The notes below the pieces were generated by a model. It made no database searches, was not told where the DNA came from, and saw only the letters and a list, made by a program, of their open reading frames with translations. A stretch of DNA of 64,000 bases from an uncultured delta proteobacterium (GTDB lineage: Bacteria > Desulfobacterota > Binatia > UBA9968). The first letter of the stretch is position 1; each line of letters begins with the position of its first letter. The DNA is taken from positions 1-64,000 of the forward strand of contig CAVUZH010000001.1 in assembly GCA_963745835.1 (NCBI GenBank), given 5' to 3'. Positions 53,724 through 64,000 of this stretch are shown here, piece by piece. Made by a program: the position numbers and the translations under genes.

Positions 53724-55074
53724 ATCCATCGATCTTTCGCGAATACGATATCCGGGGGCTGGCAGAGAAAGAGTTCGATGAAGATTTTGCTCTCCTGCTT
53801 GGCAAAGTGCACGGCACGATCATCAATGAGGCGGGCGGTGCTCGCGTTAGTGTAGGCCGCGATTGCCGTGCTACTTCCTATCGTTACACTCAGGCTGTCA
53901 TAGCCGGGCTGGTTTCGACGGGTCTCCAAGTCACTGATATTGGTGTCTGTCCGACACCGTTGCTTTATTTCTCGCTGTTCCATCTCGACACCGACGGTGG
54001 TATCGAGGTCACCGCGAGCCACAATCCCTCAGAGTATAATGGATTCAAGCTTTGCCTTGGTAAGGACACGCTTTACGGCGCGCAAATCCAGGACATCAAA
54101 ACTAGAATCGAGCAAAATCATTTCGTCGAGAAGCCCGGCGGCACGGTCGAACACTATGACATCGCTGTGCCTTACCAAGAGCATCTGTTGCGCGACGTTC
54201 CTAAGTTAAAACGCTCTCTCAAGGTGGTCGTCGACGCCGGTAGCGGCGTTGGCGGACCCGTGGCGCCGCCTATTTTCCGTCATTTAGGCTGCACGGTTTG
54301 GGAGATCGCCTGTACACCCGACGGTAATTTTCCAATCCATCATCCCGACCCCACCGTCCCCGAAAATCTCGAGCTTCTTATTGAAAAAGTTCGCGCGGAA
54401 GGGGCCGACTTAGGAATAGCTTACGATGGAGATGCTGATCGTATCGGCGCTGTGGATGAACAGGGCAGGATCGTCTGGGGGGATGAATTGATAGTGATTT
54501 TTGCCCGCGATATTCTCCAGCGTAACCCCAGACGCGACGATCATTTCTGAAGTCAAATGCTCGCAACGGCTTTACGACGATATCGTCGCCCGCGGTGGCG
54601 TACCGATCATGTGGAAAGCGGGCCACTCGCTGTTAAAGGCTAAGTTGAAGGAAACTAATGCCCTGTTGGCCGGTGAGATGAGCGGCCATATGTTCTTCAA
54701 AGAGCGTTACTTCGGTTATGACGATGCGATTTATGCTTCGCTGCGGTTGCTGGAGATTATTGCCAATTCCGGATAGACCTTTCTCGGCCTTGCTTGCGGA
54801 CCTGCCTCGGACTGTATCGACACCCGAAATCAGAATCGACTGCCCGGATGATAGGAAATTTATCATCGCCGAAAGGGCAAAAGAGTATTTTCGTCAGCAC
54901 TACGATATCATTGACATCGACGGCGTGCGCGTGCAGTTCCCCGAAGGCTGGGGGCTGATTCGCGCATCGAATACGCAGCCGGCACTGGTGCTTCGTTTTG
55001 AGGCTCAAACTGCGGAGAAAATGAACGAATATCGCGCCTTGGTCGAAGGCAAGCTTAAGGAACTGGAGATCTGA
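53720..55074 (+). pseudogene. Phosphomannomutase/phosphoglucomutase split by two +1 frameshifts (probably sequencing errors)
   Basis: TASHNP, DGDADR, GEMSGH, RASNTQ motifs over three frames; shifts near 54527 and 54770. Confidence 0.85.
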
Positions 55075-55083
55075 CAACCGATA

Positions 55084-57598
55084 ATGCGCGGCGAGATTGT
55101 TGTCAGCGGAGCGCGAGTCCATAACCTTCAAAATGTCGACCTTAAGATTCCGCGTGAGCAATTAGTCGTTATCACCGGAGTTTCCGGTTCAGGAAAATCG
55201 TCCTTAGCCTTCGATACACTTTACGCTGAGGGCCAGCGCCGCTACATCGAATCGCTACCTGTCAACCATCGTCAATTACTTCAGCAGCTCGACAAGCCCG
55301 ACGTCGACTTTATCGACGGACTTTCTCCCGCCATCGCGCTTCAACAAAGACCATCAAGCTTTGGCCCGCGCTCGACGGTAGGAACAATGAGCGAGGTGCA
55401 AGATTTTTTGCGGCTGCTGTTCACTCGTGTCGGCCAGCCGTTTTGCATTCAGTGCGGCGCACGAATCTCGGTGCAGACTACAGAGCAAATAGTCGATCAA
55501 CTTCTGGCCCTCCCGCCGGGCGCGCGCATCGTTCTGATGGCGCCGATTGCCGGCGCAAGAAAACTGAATGCCAACAAACTGCTTCGCGAGTTTGCCCGTC
55601 AGGGCTTCACCCGCGTCAAGATTGACGGCCGATTGCACGAGCTTGAAGAAGAGACTCACCTGGAAGCAGGCCGGGCTTACCAGATCGACTTGGTGATTGA
55701 CCGCTTGACGATTAAAGAAGGCGATGGAAAAGCGCCTAGCGGATTCGCTTGAAATAGCTTCTCGTGTCGGCCAGCACGTTATAAAGATCGAAGTGCAGGC
55801 AGGAGACGGCGCCGATCAAAGAATTACGTTTCAGCCAAAAGTTTGCCTGTGCTGAATGCGGCAGTTCTTTTCCGGAGATTGTTCCGAGCCTGTTTTCATT
55901 TAATAGTCCTAATGGCGCCTGTCCGGTCTGTGCGTGGGTTGGGTAGTTTGGAGCAGACGGGTCGAAAATCAAAAGCCGCTCCTGAGGCCAGTGATATTGT
56001 GATGTGTAAAGCATGCAACGGCGCTCGTCTGAAGAAAGAAAGCTTGGCGGTCCGGATTGACGGCAAAAATATCGCTCAGTTGGCCGCATTGCCCATAAAC
56101 GAGGCGATCCAGTATTTCGATGCCCTCCAGTTCCCAACCCCGGGAGCAGATCACTGCCGGCAAAATACTCGCGGAGATCATCCCGCGGCTTCGGCTTTTG
56201 GCGCAACTCGGACTTGATTACCTGACCTTGGATCGCTCATCGACCACCCTGTCGGGCGGCGAATTGCAAAGGGTCCGCTTGGCCAAGCAAATTGGCTCAA
56301 AGTTGTCAGGGGTCCTCTATATCTTTGACGAGCCGAGCATTGGGCTGCACCAAAAAGACAATGCACAACTGCTGCAGCTTTTACAGGAGCTTCGTGGTGC
56401 CGGCAATTCCATCTTGATCGTGGAGCATGATCCGGAAACTATTCTCAGCGCCGACTATGTCATCGATATGGGACCGGGCGCGGGAACTAAAGGCGGCCGG
56501 ATCGTCGCGACTGGATCACCCGAGGAGCTCATGGCCCAGCCGCACTCGCTCACCGGTCAGTATTTATCCGGACGTCGAAAAATCACCATTCCAGCTTTGC
56601 GCCGAAAAGGTTCAGGCGAGTTTGTAATCTTAAAAGGGGCGCGACAAAACAATCTGCAGGACATTACGGTTGAAATCCCGCTGGGCGTGGTGACTTGTGT
56701 CACCGGAGTTTCGGGTTCCGGGAAGAGCACCTTAGTGATGGATGTCCTTTATCATGAAGTTTCCCGACGCTTGCGGCGATTGCGCGTGAGGACCGGAGCC
56801 TTGGATGATTTGATCGGCTGGCAGCATTTCGATCGGGTGATCGGCGTCGATCAAGCTCCGATAGGCAGGACCTCACGCTCCAATCCAGCCACGTACGCGG
56901 GAATCTATGATCCGATTCGCGATCTTTTCGCGCAACTGCCAGAGTCGCGAGTAAGAGGTTATCAGCCTAACCGGTTCTCATTTAACACCATCGGAGGCCG
57001 ATGCGAAGCTTGTGGCGGCGAAGGCCTGATGCGCATCGAGATGTATTTTCTGGCCGATGTTTTTGCTACCTGCGATATCTGCAAAGGCCGTCGCTTTAAC
57101 CGAGAAACCCTCGAGATTAAATACAAAGGGCATAGCATTGCGGATGTTCTGGAATTAACGGTAATTCAGGCTCTGGATTTATTCGCTCACATACCGGCTA
57201 TCGCCGAGCGGCTTCATACATTAGTTGGCGTGGGCTTGGGTTATATTCAGCTCGGCCAGGCAGCTCAGACCCTTTCGGGTGGCGAGTCGCAGCGTCTCAA
57301 GCTGGCTAAGGAGCTGGCGCGACGGTCGAGCGGCCGATCTCTCTACGTTCTGGATGAACCCACTTCGGGACTTCATTTTGCGGATATCGAGCAACTCTTA
57401 GAACTACTGCATCGTTTGACCGACGCGGGTAACACTTTGGTGGTGATTGAACACAATCTGGAAGTCATCAAAAACGCCGATTACGTCATCGATCTAGGGC
57501 CGGGAGCCGGGAAGAGCGGCGGTAGGGTTATAGCGCGTGGGACGCCAGAAGATGTTGCCGCGGTATCCTCATCGCACACCGGCCGCTATTTGGCGTAA
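55084..57598 (+). pseudogene. uvrA: UvrA (excinuclease ABC subunit A), frameshifted in this sequence
   Basis: GARVHNL, two GVSGSGKS Walker A, two LSGGE signatures, Zn fingers; shifts at about 55720-55930 and 56135. Confidence 0.85.
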
Positions 57599-57681
57599 GC
57601 TGCTAACCAGCTAGAACTTCCGCGCCATTTAACGAGCCTCCCGGCGGGTTTCTGCTCGAGCTAAAATCCCCGATCACTCCA

Positions 57682-57737
57682 TTGACTGAGAGTACCCGAT
57701 TAGTTATCTTTAAATCAGACCAAACTAGTGGGATAAG
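57682..57737 (+). promoter_or_regulatory. iscS promoter with putative Rrf2/IscR-type operator
   Basis: TTGACT-N17-TATCTT followed by AAATCAGACCAAACTAGTGGGATAA, resembling IscR type-1 sites. Confidence 0.55.
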
Positions 57738-57763
57738 CTGACTACTGGGCCCCGTGATTTCCT

Positions 57764-58990
57764 ATGAAACTGCCTATTTACATGGACAATCATGCCACGA
57801 CACCGGTGGACCCAAGGGTCATCGAGACGATGTTGCCGTTTTTCACAGAGAAGTTCGGCAACGCTTCAAGCCGTAATCACGTGTTCGGTTGGGACAGTGA
57901 AGCGGCAGTAGACCGGGCGCGCGAACAGGTCGCCTCTTTGATTCATGCGGCATCGCCACGGGAGATAGTTTTTACCAGCGGTGCCACGGAGTCGGACAAT
58001 ATTGCGATCAAAGGGATCGCCGAAGCATATGCCGGGAAGGGCAACCACATCGTTACCTGTGCAATCGAACACAAGGCGGTGCTGGACAGTTGCAAGAGTC
58101 TGGAGAGAAAAGGTTATCGAGTGACCTATTTGCCGGTGCGGGTAAACGGCTTGATCGATCTGGATAGACTGCGGAATGCTCTTACCGATAAGACGATTCT
58201 CATCTCGATAATGGCTGCCAATAATGAGATCGGCACTATTGAACCGGTGAGGGAGATCGGCCAAATAGCTAAGGAAAAGGGAATTTTGTTTCATACGGAT
58301 GCGACTCAGGCGGTGGGCAAGATTCCACTGAATGTCGAAGAGATGGGCATCGATCTGCTTTCGCTTACCGGGCACAAGATCTACGGCCCCAAGGGCGTCG
58401 GAGCACTGTACGTCCGATCATCGAAGCCGCGGGTTAAGCTCAATCCGCTGATCGAAGGCGGCGGGCAGGAACGGGGTCTCCGGTCAGGCACCCTCAATGT
58501 TCCGGGGATTGTCGGGCTTGGTAAGGCTTGTGAGATTGCGCAAGAAGATATGAAGGCCGACGGTGAGCGTCTGACCGGATTGGGTCAGCGATTGAAGGCC
58601 CAGATCATCGGCCAGCTCAACGAGGTAAGTGTCAATGGTGATTCGCTAAAGCGACTGCCTGGGAACTTGCACTTGAGCTTTGCCTATATAGAGGGTGAAT
58701 CGTTGTTGATGGGGCTTAAGGATATTGCGGTCTCAACCGGTTCCGCGTGCACTTCAGCAAGCCTGGAACCTTCCCACGTCTTGCGTGCGATTGGCTTGGA
58801 GGAGCATTTGGCCCATTCTTCGATTCGTTTTGGTTTAGGCCGGTTTAATACCGAAGAAGAAGTAGATTACACGGCGCGCCGGGTGGTTGAGGAAGTGCGC
58901 CGGTTGCGGGAGCTATCGCCAATTCTCCGCGCCAGAAAAGCGAAAATGAAAGGCCAGGCGAATTCCCACTCACAGGAGAGTGCCTCCTAG
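57764..58990 (+). CDS. iscS: Cysteine desulfurase IscS
   Basis: [27 protein letters not shown]. Confidence 0.95.
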   Translation: MKLPIYMDNHATTPVDPRVIETMLPFFTEKFGNASSRNHVFGWDSEAAVDRAREQVASLIHAASPREIVFTSGATESDNIAIKGIAEAYAGKGNHIVTCAIEHKAVLDSCKSLERKGYRVTYLPVRVNGLIDLDRLRNALTDKTILISIMAANNEIGTIEPVREIGQIAKEKGILFHTDATQAVGKIPLNVEEMGIDLLSLTGHKIYGPKGVGALYVRSSKPRVKLNPLIEGGGQERGLRSGTLNVPGIVGLGKACEIAQEDMKADGERLTGLGQRLKAQIIGQLNEVSVNGDSLKRLPGNLHLSFAYIEGESLLMGLKDIAVSTGSACTSASLEPSHVLRAIGLEEHLAHSSIRFGLGRFNTEEEVDYTARRVVEEVRRLRELSPILRARKAKMKGQANSHSQESAS

Positions 58991-59016
58991 TCGATCTAGA
59001 GAGGAGAAATGGATGT

Positions 59017-59346
59017 ATGGCTGCAGGAATTAGTGTTACCGATCGTGCAGCGGCACGTATTAAAGAATTGGTCAGTGCCGAAAACCGTCAAGGGCAAGGG
59101 CTCAGAGTCAAAGTCGTTGGCGGCGGCTGCTCCGGACTTCAATATAAGGTAGATTTCGATATCCCCAAGGGCTCCGATAAGATCTTTGAGAAAGATGGAG
59201 CAAAGGTGCTGGTCGACATGAAGAGCCTGCTTTACCTCACCGGCACAGAGCTCGACTATAAAGAAGAATTGATGCAATCAGGATTTGTTTTTCAAAATCC
59301 CAATGTCAAAAAGGCCTGCGGTTGCGGCGCCTCTTTTACAGTTTGA
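59017..59346 (+). CDS. iscA: A-type Fe-S carrier (IscA/SufA/ErpA)
   Basis: GGGCSG…NPN…CGCGASF. Confidence 0.9.
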   Translation: MAAGISVTDRAAARIKELVSAENRQGQGLRVKVVGGGCSGLQYKVDFDIPKGSDKIFEKDGAKVLVDMKSLLYLTGTELDYKEELMQSGFVFQNPNVKKACGCGASFTV

Positions 59347-59382
59347 AGCGTAAATAATGGTGGTTGTACAGGAAATTCTATT

Positions 59383-60845
59383 ATGAAAAGCGCTAACGAC
59401 ACGCTAGAGGAACTAGCCGGGCGCGAGTATAAGTACGGGTTCATCACCGACATCGAGTCCGATACCGTACCACCAGGTTTAAATGAAGATATCATCCGGG
59501 TAATTTCGGCAAAGAAAAATGAACCCGAATTCATGTTGGAGTGGCGCCTAAAAGCATACCGGCACTGGGCTAAATTAGAGAAAACACAGGCCGAACCGAA
59601 ATGGGCGATGGTTCATTACCCGTCCATAGATTATCAGTCGATAAGCTATTATTCAGCGCCAAAAAACAAAGGCGATGCTCCGAAGAGTTTGGCGGAAGTG
59701 GATCCCGAGCTTCTGAATACTTATGAAAAACTCGGTATTCCGCTGCGGGAGCAGGAGCGTCTTGCCGGGGTTGCAGTGGACGCAGTGTTTGACAGTGTTT
59801 CTGTGGCGACGACTTTCAAGGGAAAATTGGCCGAGATGGGGGTGATCTTCTGCTCTTTCTCAGAGGCTCTGCAGAACCACCCGGACTTGGTTCAGAAGTA
59901 TCTAGGGTCGGTGGTTCCCTACACAGACAACTTTTTTGCCGCTCTGAATTCCGCCGTTTTCAGCGATGGTTCATTTTGTTATATCCCGAAGGGCGTGCGC
60001 TGCCCGATGGAACTGTCGACCTACTTCCGAATTAACGCCGCCGAGACCGGGCAGTTCGAGCGGACTCTGATCATTGCCGAGGAGCGAGCGTCAGTGAGCT
60101 ATCTTGAAGGTTGCACGGCGCCCATGCGCGATAAAAATCAATTCCACGCAGCGGTGGTTGAGTTAGTGGCTCACGATGATGCTCAGATCAAATATTCAAC
60201 AGTTCAGAACTGGTATCCGGGCGATGCGCAAGGGCCGCGGCGGTATTTACAATTTCGTCACTAAGCGTGGCAAATGCCTTGGGAAGCGTTCGAAAATTTC
60301 ATGGACTCAGGTGGAGACGGGATCGGCGATTACCTGGAAATATCCAAGCTGCTTGCTTCAGGGCGATGATTCGGTAGGGGAATTTTATTCCGTCGCCTTG
60401 ACCAATAACTATCAGCAAGCCGATACCGGCACCAAGATGATTCACATCGGTAAAAACACCAAGAGCACAATCGTATCAAAAGGTATTTCCGCGGGCCACG
60501 GACAAAATACCTACCGCGGGCTTGGTTAAGATAATGAAAGGAGCGACCGGCGCGCGGAACTATTCGCAATGTGATTCGTTATTGCTCGGGGATAAATGCG
60601 GCGCGCATACCTTTCCTTACTTGGAAGTTCTGAATAGCACGTCGCAAGTGGAGCATGAAGCATCCACCTCAAAAATCGGCGAGGATCAGCTTTTTTATTG
60701 CCGGCAGCGAGGGATCTCTACCGAAGATGCGGTCAATTTGATTGTCAGCGGATTTTGCAAGCAGGTATTCCGCGAATTGCCGATGGAGTTTGCGGTAGAA
60801 GCTCAAAAGCTTCTGGGCGTCAGCCTGGAAGGAAGCGTTGGTTGA
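59383..60845 (+). pseudogene. sufB: Fe-S scaffold SufB, split by two frameshifts (probably errors)
   Basis: [64 protein letters not shown]; shifts near 60235 and 60522. Confidence 0.88.
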
Positions 60846-60869
60846 TAGCAGCCGCTCGGTGGGTGAACG

Positions 60870-62101
60870 ATGACGAGCGAGATATACTTCGATAATAACG
60901 CGACGACCCGGGTAAGGCCCGAGGTCTTTGAGGCGATGGCGCCGTATTATGCGGAGTCTCTATGGCAACCCTTCGAGCATCCATCGTTTCGGCAGCCAAG
61001 TCAGCCAGCGCCTTAGCGAAGCCCGAGTACAAGTCGCAAGTTTGATCGGCGCCGCCGATCCTGTGGAGGTGATTTTCACCAGCTGCGGTACTGAGGGGGA
61101 TAATGCTGCAATTCGCGGCTTGCTTGAGATGCGGCCCGAAAAGCGCCAGATCATCACTACTCATGTCGAACATCCGGCGATTCTGGGTCTGTGCCAGCAC
61201 CTCGAGAAGAAAGGCTACCGAGTCACTTGGCTTGGTGTGGACCAGGACGGAATGCTGGATTTGGATGAACTGCGCCAGGCCTTAACCGACGAGACCGCGC
61301 TGGTCTCGATAATGTTTGCCAACAACGAAACCGGCGTAATCTTTCCGATTGAGCAAATCGGCGAGATCGTAAAGAGCAAGGGAGTTCCGTTTCACGTCGA
61401 TGCCGTGCAGGCGGCGGGCAAGCTGGCTATCGATGTAAAGAATAGTCCTGTCGATCTTATGACCCTATCGGCGCATAAATTTCATGGGCCCAAGGGCGTT
61501 GGTGCTCTTTACGTTCGGCGCGGCATGACCTTTCCGCCGTTTATCATCGGTGGACATCAGGAGCGCAGCCGGCGGGCCGGAACGGAAAATGTTGCCGGTA
61601 TTGTCGGCATGGGCAAAGCGGCGGAATTGGCTCTGAGAAATCAGAAGGAAGATTACGGCAACGGATTGGCGCTTTGCGCGATCATCTTGCAGAATTCGTT
61701 GCTCGAGTCCTGTCCCAGCGCCCGGGTCAATGGCGACAAAGTAAAACGAGCTGCCCAATACCTTGAACATCAGTTTCCGGTATTTGGAAGGGGAATCCAT
61801 TTTGGTTCTGCTCGATCAACATGGTATTTGCGCCTCAACCGGTTCTGCCTGTACCGCCGGCTCCTCCGAGCCGTCACATGTTCTGCGTGCGATGAGGACT
61901 TCCGGCCGACTGGCTGCAAGGCGCGATTCGGTTTAGCCTTAGCCGGTTTAATACAGCAGACGAGGTTCGATTTGTCAATGAAAAGATGCCTCCATCGTCA
62001 AAAGGTTAGAGGGACTGTCTGCATTGGGTAAATTGGCCGTCGAACAACGGAATCAGACGCCAGGCTCAGACAACTCCAGCGGCATCGGAGCAAGGGGGTA
62101 G
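60870..62101 (+). pseudogene. Second cysteine desulfurase (NifS-type), multiply frameshifted
   Basis: ATG 60870 MTSEIYFDNNATT; YGNPSSIH, TSCGTEGDN, SAHKFHGPKG; STGSACTA in another frame; 3' end approximate. Confidence 0.8.
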
Positions 62102-62114
62102 CCGATGAGCTCTG

Positions 62115-62528
62115 ATGCAGATTCCTCGACGAGTGGACTATGGGTTGCGCGCGATTATTTATCTCTCCACCCAGGATCCAGAGAAATGCTGCTCAATTGC
62201 GGAGATTGCCCGGCAACAGAATGTGCCCAAAAAGTTTTTGGAGAAAATCATTCAAGATCTTATGCGCCGCGGGTTGATCAGATCTAAACGTGGCGCGTGC
62301 GGTGGATATACACTCGCCCGGTTGCCGGATCAGATATCGTTTTATGACGTGATTGAGGCGCTTGAAGGGCCAATCGCCGTCAATGCATGTATGAATGAGG
62401 AGCTCAGCTGCGATCAGCTGCCCCGCTGCGCTATGGTGGGAGTTTGGAGCGAAATTCAACAGAAGGTGACGGAGGTGTTTACCCGAACAACTTTAGCGGA
62501 TTTGACGGCGTACTCCGTGTCGGGATAA
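62115..62528 (+). CDS. Rrf2-family regulator (IscR-like, three Cys)
   Basis: DYGLRA, SIAEIA…VPKKFLEKI, SKRGACGGY, C-x7-C-x5-C. Confidence 0.88.
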   Translation: MQIPRRVDYGLRAIIYLSTQDPEKCCSIAEIARQQNVPKKFLEKIIQDLMRRGLIRSKRGACGGYTLARLPDQISFYDVIEALEGPIAVNACMNEELSCDQLPRCAMVGVWSEIQQKVTEVFTRTTLADLTAYSVSG

Positions 62529-62620
62529 TCCTGAGCGTCTCTTCTCTCTCAAGCGCGGCGTAATCAGGATCCCAAACTTGGACATGGCGGCAGGCCGTAA
62601 CCTAAAGGGAGGTGATAGTT

Positions 62621-63079
62621 ATGAGCTATGATACCGGACTGAGCATGGAGGAAAGGGTGACTTCGCTGTTCCAGCCGGACACACTGATGCCAGAACAGTA
62701 TCTGGAAACTTTCCGCCGGAAGCTTCATCTCGAGCCCGAGAAGAAACTCTTGCTCGCGGTTCTTGAGGACGCCATTGCTTGTTTTCAGAAGTACCTCTTA
62801 GCCAAGGACGGTAAGGGGAGAGTTCTATTTCTCGAAGCCGAGGAATGGATCTTGGACGAAGATACCGATTGGCTTTTCTCATTTGCAAACGTTTGCGAGA
62901 TGCTCGGTTTCGAGCCTAGTTATCTTCGCGACGGGCTGATGCACTGGAAAGCCGACAAGCTCGAGAGTCATTCCAAGGCCAAAATCTATCAAATCGCCGC
63001 ACGAACAACTCGTCGAAAAAGAGAAGTTTCAGCCTCGCGCAGATCGACTCAGCGAATGCGTAAAGCCGCAAGCCGTTAG
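62621..63079 (+). CDS. Conserved hypothetical protein with basic C-terminal tail
   Basis: GGGAGG SD; PEKKLLLAVLEDA…AEEWI…FSFANVCEMLG. Confidence 0.75.
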   Translation: MSYDTGLSMEERVTSLFQPDTLMPEQYLETFRRKLHLEPEKKLLLAVLEDAIACFQKYLLAKDGKGRVLFLEAEEWILDEDTDWLFSFANVCEMLGFEPSYLRDGLMHWKADKLESHSKAKIYQIAARTTRRKREVSASRRSTQRMRKAASR

Positions 63080-63102
63080 CGGCTTCAATAAGTTGGTATT
63101 TT

Positions 63103-63140
63103 AAGGCGGTGAATGCCTGGGGCGTTCACCGCCTTTTTTT
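63103..63140 (+). terminator. Intrinsic terminator
   Basis: AAGGCGGTGAATGCC…GGCGTTCACCGCC followed by a T-run. Confidence 0.85.
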
Positions 63141-63179
63141 GGCTTGCAAAGCTGTGAAAACGCATTCATAACTCTTCCC

Positions 63180-64000
63180 ATGAAGGGGCGACGATCAAAA
63201 AACAGTTCGGCTCTAAACCGATTTTTCCATCGCCTGAGATATGGACTTGGCGCTTATGCTTTGCGTGTCTTCATTCTCGTACTCGGTCGGTTGCCGGATC
63301 ATATGGTGGTTTCCGCTGCAACTTTTTGGGCTTGGATCACGCATAAGCTTCTGTGGAGATATCGGATTCGGATGGAGGAGAATATTGCTACTGTGGCCGG
63401 CGATCGTTTTCCCGACGGAGCGCAACGGAAGGCAATGGTGTGGCGCATTTGGAAGAACTTTTTGCTCGGGCTCTTTGAAGCCGGTGCCTCAATTGTTTCT
63501 CCAAAGGAAGCAATCATTGCAAAAATCCGAGTTGAAGGCGAACAACATTTGCGCGATGCTCTGGTGCGAAGAAAAGGCGTGCTTGCTTTAAGTGCCCACT
63601 TGGGCAATTTCGCTATGATCGGTGCCCGATTGGCTGCGGCGGGTTATCCGTTCAGTGTTGTAGTGAAACACCCCAGCGACGAGCAATTCGCACAGCTAAT
63701 CACCAAATACCGGGCGCAAGTAGGAATTGACACGATCTCGGCCAAGCCACGGCGGGAAGCGGCGCGTCGCATTCTCCAAGCGCTGCGCGACAATCGGATC
63801 GTACTGGTCGTTGCCGATGAGTTCAAATCCGGCGACATCACGGTTGAATTTATGGGGCAAAACTTACCCGCGCCGCGAGGTCCGGCGACTCTGGCATTGC
63901 GCACCGGCGCGGTAACCTTGCCTATGTTTGCCGCCCGCCAGCCCGATGGCTCTATCGTTCTTGCGATTGGCCGCGCCATTAAAGCAGTGCATGGAGAGAG
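63180..64000 (+). CDS. Lipid A/phosphatidylinositol-mannoside-type acyltransferase (LpxL/HtrB family), partial at window edge
   Basis: Open frame from ATG 63180 to the window end, read manually and absent from the ORF track: GVLALSAHLGNF, VVADE, VEFMG…GPATLAL. Confidence 0.82.
   Translation, partial: MKGRRSKNSSALNRFFHRLRYGLGAYALRVFILVLGRLPDHMVVSAATFWAWITHKLLWRYRIRMEENIATVAGDRFPDGAQRKAMVWRIWKNFLLGLFEAGASIVSPKEAIIAKIRVEGEQHLRDALVRRKGVLALSAHLGNFAMIGARLAAAGYPFSVVVKHPSDEQFAQLITKYRAQVGIDTISAKPRREAARRILQALRDNRIVLVVADEFKSGDITVEFMGQNLPAPRGPATLALRTGAVTLPMFAARQPDGSIVLAIGRAIKAVHGE

Noticed and set aside
54500-62100. Programmed ribosomal frameshifting or phase variation in PMM/uvrA/sufB/nifS
   Set aside because: No consistent slippery sites or long repeats; multiple shifts per gene clustered in one region point to sequencing error.

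Overview
Bacterial chromosomal window, probably from a deltaproteobacteria-like lineage. Candidatus Binatia is suggested by the NMT1-type binding protein, the LysR style and the gene order; this is inference, not a database match. (1) 0.1-5.8 kb: LysR regulator, a signal-peptide-bearing SAM methyltransferase, a plant-type threonine synthase/cystathionine gamma-synthase pair, a small SH3-like protein and a PAP2 phosphatase. (2) 5.9-22.1 kb: an 18-gene, all minus-strand metal cluster headed by NikR, with two GTAACAC-N13-GTGTTAC-type operators. Its uptake half is MFS, TonB-dependent receptor, TonB and a ZnuA/TroA-type ABC transporter. A His-rich RAPP-motif leader ORF follows, then an exported module: Cys-motif BNR lipoprotein, TlpA, His-rich Ig-like protein, three Cox11/CtaG-like paralogs that lost the CFC motif, two SCO proteins, an exported methyltransferase and a DUF4382-like protein. 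This cluster is the best candidate for an undescribed system (a putative nickel-responsive periplasmic metallochaperone relay). (3) modABC, a cytochrome c lipoprotein, zapB-like/zapA/6S RNA/5-FTHF cyclo-ligase/rny/ymdB/tyrS, and a complete rrn operon (16S, tRNA-Ile, tRNA-Ala, 23S, 5S) with repeat elements in the 23S-5S spacer. (4) nth, radical SAM protein, Mla/Pqi-type ABC, flavoprotein, NMT1 binding protein, MFS, DUF309-mfd-surA-pdxA-PMM-uvrA, and a hybrid iscS-iscA-sufB-nifS-Rrf2 Fe-S cluster. Several genes at 54-62 kb carry frameshifts, most likely assembly errors.
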